DNA of 43,499 nucleotides from Candidatus Sericytochromatia bacterium (GTDB lineage Bacteria; Cyanobacteriota; Sericytochromatia; S15B-MN24; JAQBPE01): NCBI GenBank assembly GCA_035285125.1, contig JAYKHR010000001.1, positions 1 to 43,499 of the forward strand, read 5' to 3'. Shown piece by piece: positions 40,090 to 43,499 of this stretch (position 1 is its first letter; each line of letters starts with the position of its first letter). The notes under the pieces were generated by a model. It saw only the letters and a program-made list of their open reading frames with translations, ran no database searches and was not told where the DNA came from. The position numbers and the translations under genes were made by a program.

Positions 40090-42057
40090 TCAGTCAGGGG
40101 GGGCTCCCCCTGGGGTGCGGGCGGCCCGCTGGTGGGCATGCCAGGCCTGGAACATCAGCACGTTCCACAGCTCGTGCTCGGCGTTCAGGCGGCCCGCCAG
40201 GTGGGCCGCCCAGCGCGCCCGGATCGGGGCGGGGTCGAGGAGACCGTCCGAGGCCAGCCTGTCTGGCGCCAGCAGGTCCTCGGCCCACTCGCGCAGGGGC
40301 CCCCGCAGCCAGGCCCCAATGGGCACGCCGAATCCCATCTTGGGCCGCTCGAACAGCGCGGGCGGGAGGTGCCTGGCGAGCAAGCGCCGCAGCACCACCT
40401 TGCCCTCGCGGCCCTGGATGCGCAGATGGGGCGGCAGGCGCCAGGCGAGCTCGAACAGGCGGTGGTCGAGGTATGGGGCGCGTGACTCCAGGCTGACGGC
40501 CATGGTGGCGCGGTCGACCTTGACGAGGATGTCGTCGGGGAGGTAAGTCGCGTGGTCGCGCAGCAGGAACTGATCGGCCACGCTGAAGGCCTCGACGCCC
40601 GCGGGGGGATGGCGCTCAGGCCAGGCCCCCGCCCCTGGGACGAGGCGGTATGCCTGCGGCCAGTGGGTCAGCAGGCGGTCGTACAGGTCCTCGGGGCCCG
40701 TGGCGGCGAGCAGCCTGGCGGCCTTGTGGACCTTGTCGCCCGGCAACCGCACCGCCAGGCGCGGCCACAGCGCGGAGAGCCCGGCTGCCAGCCCGTCCCA
40801 CGCGCTCGGCGGGACCGCGAGGGTGAGCCTGGCCGCGGTCGCGCGCAGCCAGGGCGGCACGGGAGCCAGCTGCCGCCACACGCGGGGCCCCCAGACGTGG
40901 CGGTTGTAGCCGCCGAAGACCTCGTCACCGCCGTCGCCCGAGAGGGCCACCTTGACCTGCCGGCGGGCCAGCGTGGCGACGAGGTGCGTGGGCAGCTGCG
41001 AGGAGTCGGCGAAGGGCTCGTCGTACAGCCTGGGCAGCTCGGGGATGACGGCGAGGGTGTCGCTGGGCCTCACGATCCACGCCGTGTGGTCCGTGCCGAG
41101 GTGGCCCGCCACGGCACGGGCGTGGGCGGACTCGTCGTAGGCCCCCTCGGCGAAGCCGATGGTGAAGGTCTTCACCGGGACGGGGCTCAGGGCCTGCATG
41201 AGCGCCACCAGCAGGGAGGAGTCGATGCCGCCGGAGAGGAAGGCCCCGAGGGGCACGTCCGCCAGCATCTGGCCCGCGACCACCTCCCTGAGCAGCGCCT
41301 CGACGGCGTCAGTGGCCTCCTCGTCGGTGCCGGACCAGGGCTGCGCCCTGGCCTCCCTGGCGGCCTCGACGGGCGACCAGTAGGGCGTCGGCTCGCCGAG
41401 GGGCTCCCCGTGGCGCACCACCAGGCTCGTCCCGGGGGGCAGCTTGTGCACCCCGGGGTGGATGGTCCGGGGAGACGGTACGTGGGACCGCTGCAAGAAG
41501 GCCGCGAGGGCCTCGCGGTCCACGCCTCCCTGGAAGGCCGGGTGGGCGCGGAGGGCCTTCAGCTCGGAGCCGAACAGCAGCGTGGCGCCGGCCCGGCCGT
41601 AGTACAGGGGCTTCTCCCCGGACCGGTCGCGCGCCAGCCAGAGCGCCTGGCTCTCGCGGTCCCAGCAGGCGAAGGCGAACATGCCCACGAGGCGTGGCAG
41701 CGTGCCGGGCAGCCCCCACTGCTCCAGCGCCGCGAGCAGCACCTCCGTGTCGGAGCGGCCGCGGAAGGCGTGGCCGAGGCCTGCCAGCTGCTCCCTGAGG
41801 GCCAGGAAGTTGTAGAGCTCGCCGTTGAAGGTGACGACCAGCCGCCCGGAGGCCGACGCCATCGGCTGGGCGCCCGTGGGCGTGAGGTCCACGATCGCCA
41901 GCCGGCGGTGCCCGAGGGCCACGCCGGCCGCCTCGTCGACCCACGTGCCAGCGGCATCAGGGCCGCGGTGCGCCAGGGCGGCGCTCATGTGGGTCGCCGC
42001 GGCCGTCAATGCGGCTGCCGCGTCCGGTGGGCCCAGCAGCCCGGCTATGCCGCACAT
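40090..42057 (-). CDS. asnB: Asparagine synthase (glutamine-hydrolysing)-like amidotransferase, copy 2
   Basis: Same motif set: MCGIAG, HRGPD, FNGELYN, FLSGGIDSS, SGDGGDEVFGGY, KVDRATM, PKMGFG. Confidence 0.93.
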   Translation of the reverse strand: MCGIAGLLGPPDAAAALTAAATHMSAALAHRGPDAAGTWVDEAAGVALGHRRLAIVDLTPTGAQPMASASGRLVVTFNGELYNFLALREQLAGLGHAFRGRSDTEVLLAALEQWGLPGTLPRLVGMFAFACWDRESQALWLARDRSGEKPLYYGRAGATLLFGSELKALRAHPAFQGGVDREALAAFLQRSHVPSPRTIHPGVHKLPPGTSLVVRHGEPLGEPTPYWSPVEAAREARAQPWSGTDEEATDAVEALLREVVAGQMLADVPLGAFLSGGIDSSLLVALMQALSPVPVKTFTIGFAEGAYDESAHARAVAGHLGTDHTAWIVRPSDTLAVIPELPRLYDEPFADSSQLPTHLVATLARRQVKVALSGDGGDEVFGGYNRHVWGPRVWRQLAPVPPWLRATAARLTLAVPPSAWDGLAAGLSALWPRLAVRLPGDKVHKAARLLAATGPEDLYDRLLTHWPQAYRLVPGAGAWPERHPPAGVEAFSVADQFLLRDHATYLPDDILVKVDRATMAVSLESRAPYLDHRLFELAWRLPPHLRIQGREGKVVLRRLLARHLPPALFERPKMGFGVPIGAWLRGPLREWAEDLLAPDRLASDGLLDPAPIRARWAAHLAGRLNAEHELWNVLMFQAWHAHQRAARTPGGAPPD

Positions 42058-42109
42058 GGGCCTGGCCCCACGCCTGCGGAGGGTCCGGCTCGCCGGACGC
42101 GGCCGGCCA

Positions 42110-43171
42110 TCAGTAGGCGAGCGGGAGGGAGATGCGCCGGCCATCTCGCGCGGAGAGGTAGGCCGCGATCAGCACCTCCAGGGACTTCAGGCCCTCCCGA
42201 CCGTCCGTCTCGGGCTCCGCCTCGCCGCGCAGCGTCCGGATCACGTTCTCGTAGTACAGCGGGTGGCCGAAGCCGTACACCGACGTGGTCTCGTAGCTGG
42301 CGGCCCGCACGGCCTCGTCGTCGGGGTCGGCCTCCGCGAAGTCCCAGTGCTGGATCTCGTTGACGGCCAGCCCGCCGACCTTCACGGAGCCGCGCTCGCC
42401 GAGGATGGTGATGGAGCCCTCCATGTTGCGCGGGTAGGTCAGCATGGTGACGTTGACGGAGCCGAGCGCCCCCGAGCGCCAGCGCACGCCGACCGTCGCC
42501 GTGTCCTCGACCTCGATGTTCCGGGCCAGCGTGGCCGTGTAGGCATGGACGCTCTCGATGGGCCCCACGAGCCAGTCGAGCAGGTCGACGTAGTGGCTGG
42601 CCTGGTTCATCAGCGCCCCGCCGTCGAACTCCCACGTGCCCCGCCAGCGGGCGGAGTCGTAGTAGTCCTGGCCGCGGGACCAGAACACGTTGAGGGTCAC
42701 CATGTAAATACGGCCGAAGCGCCGCTTCTCCACGGCCCGCTTGAGGAGCTGGAGCGTGGCGTTGCGGCGGTTCTGCTTGACCACGAACAGGCGCACGCCG
42801 GCGGCGTCACAGGCCTGCACCATCCGCTTGCCGTCTTCCCAGCGCGTCGCCATCGGCTTCTCTGTCATCACATGGCGCCCCGCGGCCGCCACCCGGATGG
42901 TCTGTTCTGCGTGCTGGCCGCTTGGCGTGGCGAGCACGACGAGGTCGGCCTCGCTGTTCGCCAGCAGCGCCTCGAGGTCGGGGTGCCCGGCGGCCCCCGT
43001 CTGGGCCACCGCCGCGGCCAGGGCTGCCGGGTCGGTGTCGGCCACCGCCACGAGCTCGATCTCCCCCGCGTGCTGCGCGATGGCTCGCAGGTGGTTGCCT
43101 GAGATGCGGCCGCAGCCAACCAGCGCGACGCGGATCTTGCGGCCGGTGATGGGGGGGGCGAGGCGGTTCAC
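42110..43171 (-). CDS. wlbA: Gfo/Idh/MocA oxidoreductase, UDP-GlcNAcA 3-dehydrogenase (WlbA/WbpB-like)
   Basis: VGCGRISGNH, TPSGQH, TEKPMATRWEDG, VVKQNRRN, WRGTWEFDGGALMNQASHYVD, SVYGFGH; AGGAG Shine-Dalgarno. Confidence 0.9.
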   Translation of the reverse strand: MNRLAPPITGRKIRVALVGCGRISGNHLRAIAQHAGEIELVAVADTDPAALAAAVAQTGAAGHPDLEALLANSEADLVVLATPSGQHAEQTIRVAAAGRHVMTEKPMATRWEDGKRMVQACDAAGVRLFVVKQNRRNATLQLLKRAVEKRRFGRIYMVTLNVFWSRGQDYYDSARWRGTWEFDGGALMNQASHYVDLLDWLVGPIESVHAYTATLARNIEVEDTATVGVRWRSGALGSVNVTMLTYPRNMEGSITILGERGSVKVGGLAVNEIQHWDFAEADPDDEAVRAASYETTSVYGFGHPLYYENVIRTLRGEAEPETDGREGLKSLEVLIAAYLSARDGRRISLPLAY

Positions 43172-43203
43172 GCGGGGTCTCCTGAGGCGGACGAGGCCCG
43201 CCC

Positions 43204-43209
43204 AGTATA
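43204..43209 (-). promoter_or_regulatory. -10 element for the wlbA-asnB block
   Basis: TATACT on the minus strand about 33 nt upstream of GTG 43171. Confidence 0.45.
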
Positions 43210-43351
43210 GCGCGAATGGGGGTGGCGCGGGACCTTTTGGACATGTGAGGCGGGCTCACGTACGATGACCGACAGCCACCCCCGACCAGGGACGTCACGG
43301 GCCAACGAGGAGCCCGGCTGAGCATCGGGGGCAAGGGCTTTGATGGGGTTG

Positions 43352-43499
43352 ATGATGAGCCACACCGCCACGCGCATCCCGCTGCTGGACCCGACGCCGG
43401 AGGTCGAGGCGCTCTGGGAGCCCTTGAACGCGGCCATTCAGCGCGTGCTGAGGAGCGGCCAGTTCATCATGGGGCCGGACGTGGCGGCCTTCGAGCAGG
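43352..43499 (+). CDS. DegT/DnrJ sugar aminotransferase, N-terminal fragment (WbpE/WlbC-like), runs off window; absent from the ORF track
   Basis: Manual translation MMSHTATRIPLLDPTPEVEALWEPLNAAIQRVLRSGQFIMGPDVAAFEQ matches the family N-terminus; start could be 43343, 43352 or 43355. Confidence 0.85.
   Translation, partial: MMSHTATRIPLLDPTPEVEALWEPLNAAIQRVLRSGQFIMGPDVAAFEQ

Noticed and set aside
43168..43437. 89-aa minus-strand ORF upstream of wlbA
   Set aside because: Overlaps the divergent promoter region and the antisense of the truncated DegT gene; no coding features.

Overview
A very GC-rich, gene-dense bacterial chromosome segment. Most of it is surface-glycan biosynthesis genes in two blocks. 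Block 1 (about 2.0-20.6 kb) has an epimerase, an ArnE/F-like flippase subunit, a WcaJ-type priming transferase, GT4/GT2 enzymes, gmd, a 1375-aa methyltransferase/double-GT fusion and two more methyltransferase-fold proteins. Block 2 (about 28.1-43.5 kb) has a PglK-like ABC flippase, PglF/E/D/A-like genes, wbpP, wbpO/tviB, two asnB-type amidotransferases, wbpB/wlbA and a truncated DegT aminotransferase, with a higBA toxin-antitoxin cassette inside it. Housekeeping genes (ppc, xth, sodA, pdp) and several orphan lipoproteins lie between. Main observations: (1) an unannotated-looking 290-aa protein that aligns motif by motif to C3/VIP2-type ADP-ribosyltransferases but has a non-canonical H-S-E signature; (2) a PilB/GspE paralog with an intact MshEN c-di-GMP motif and degenerate Walker B/Asp/His boxes; (3) neighbouring glycan proteins that look like pseudo-enzymes, including a WbdD-like ruler candidate; (4) at least six genes with a -10 hexamer 6-7 nt before the ATG and no Shine-Dalgarno, suggesting frequent leaderless transcription. 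I saw no rRNA, tRNA, CRISPR array or transposase. All calls come from reading motifs by eye; no database search was run. The lipoprotein style and GC content suggest Candidatus Sericytochromatia, but that is only an impression.
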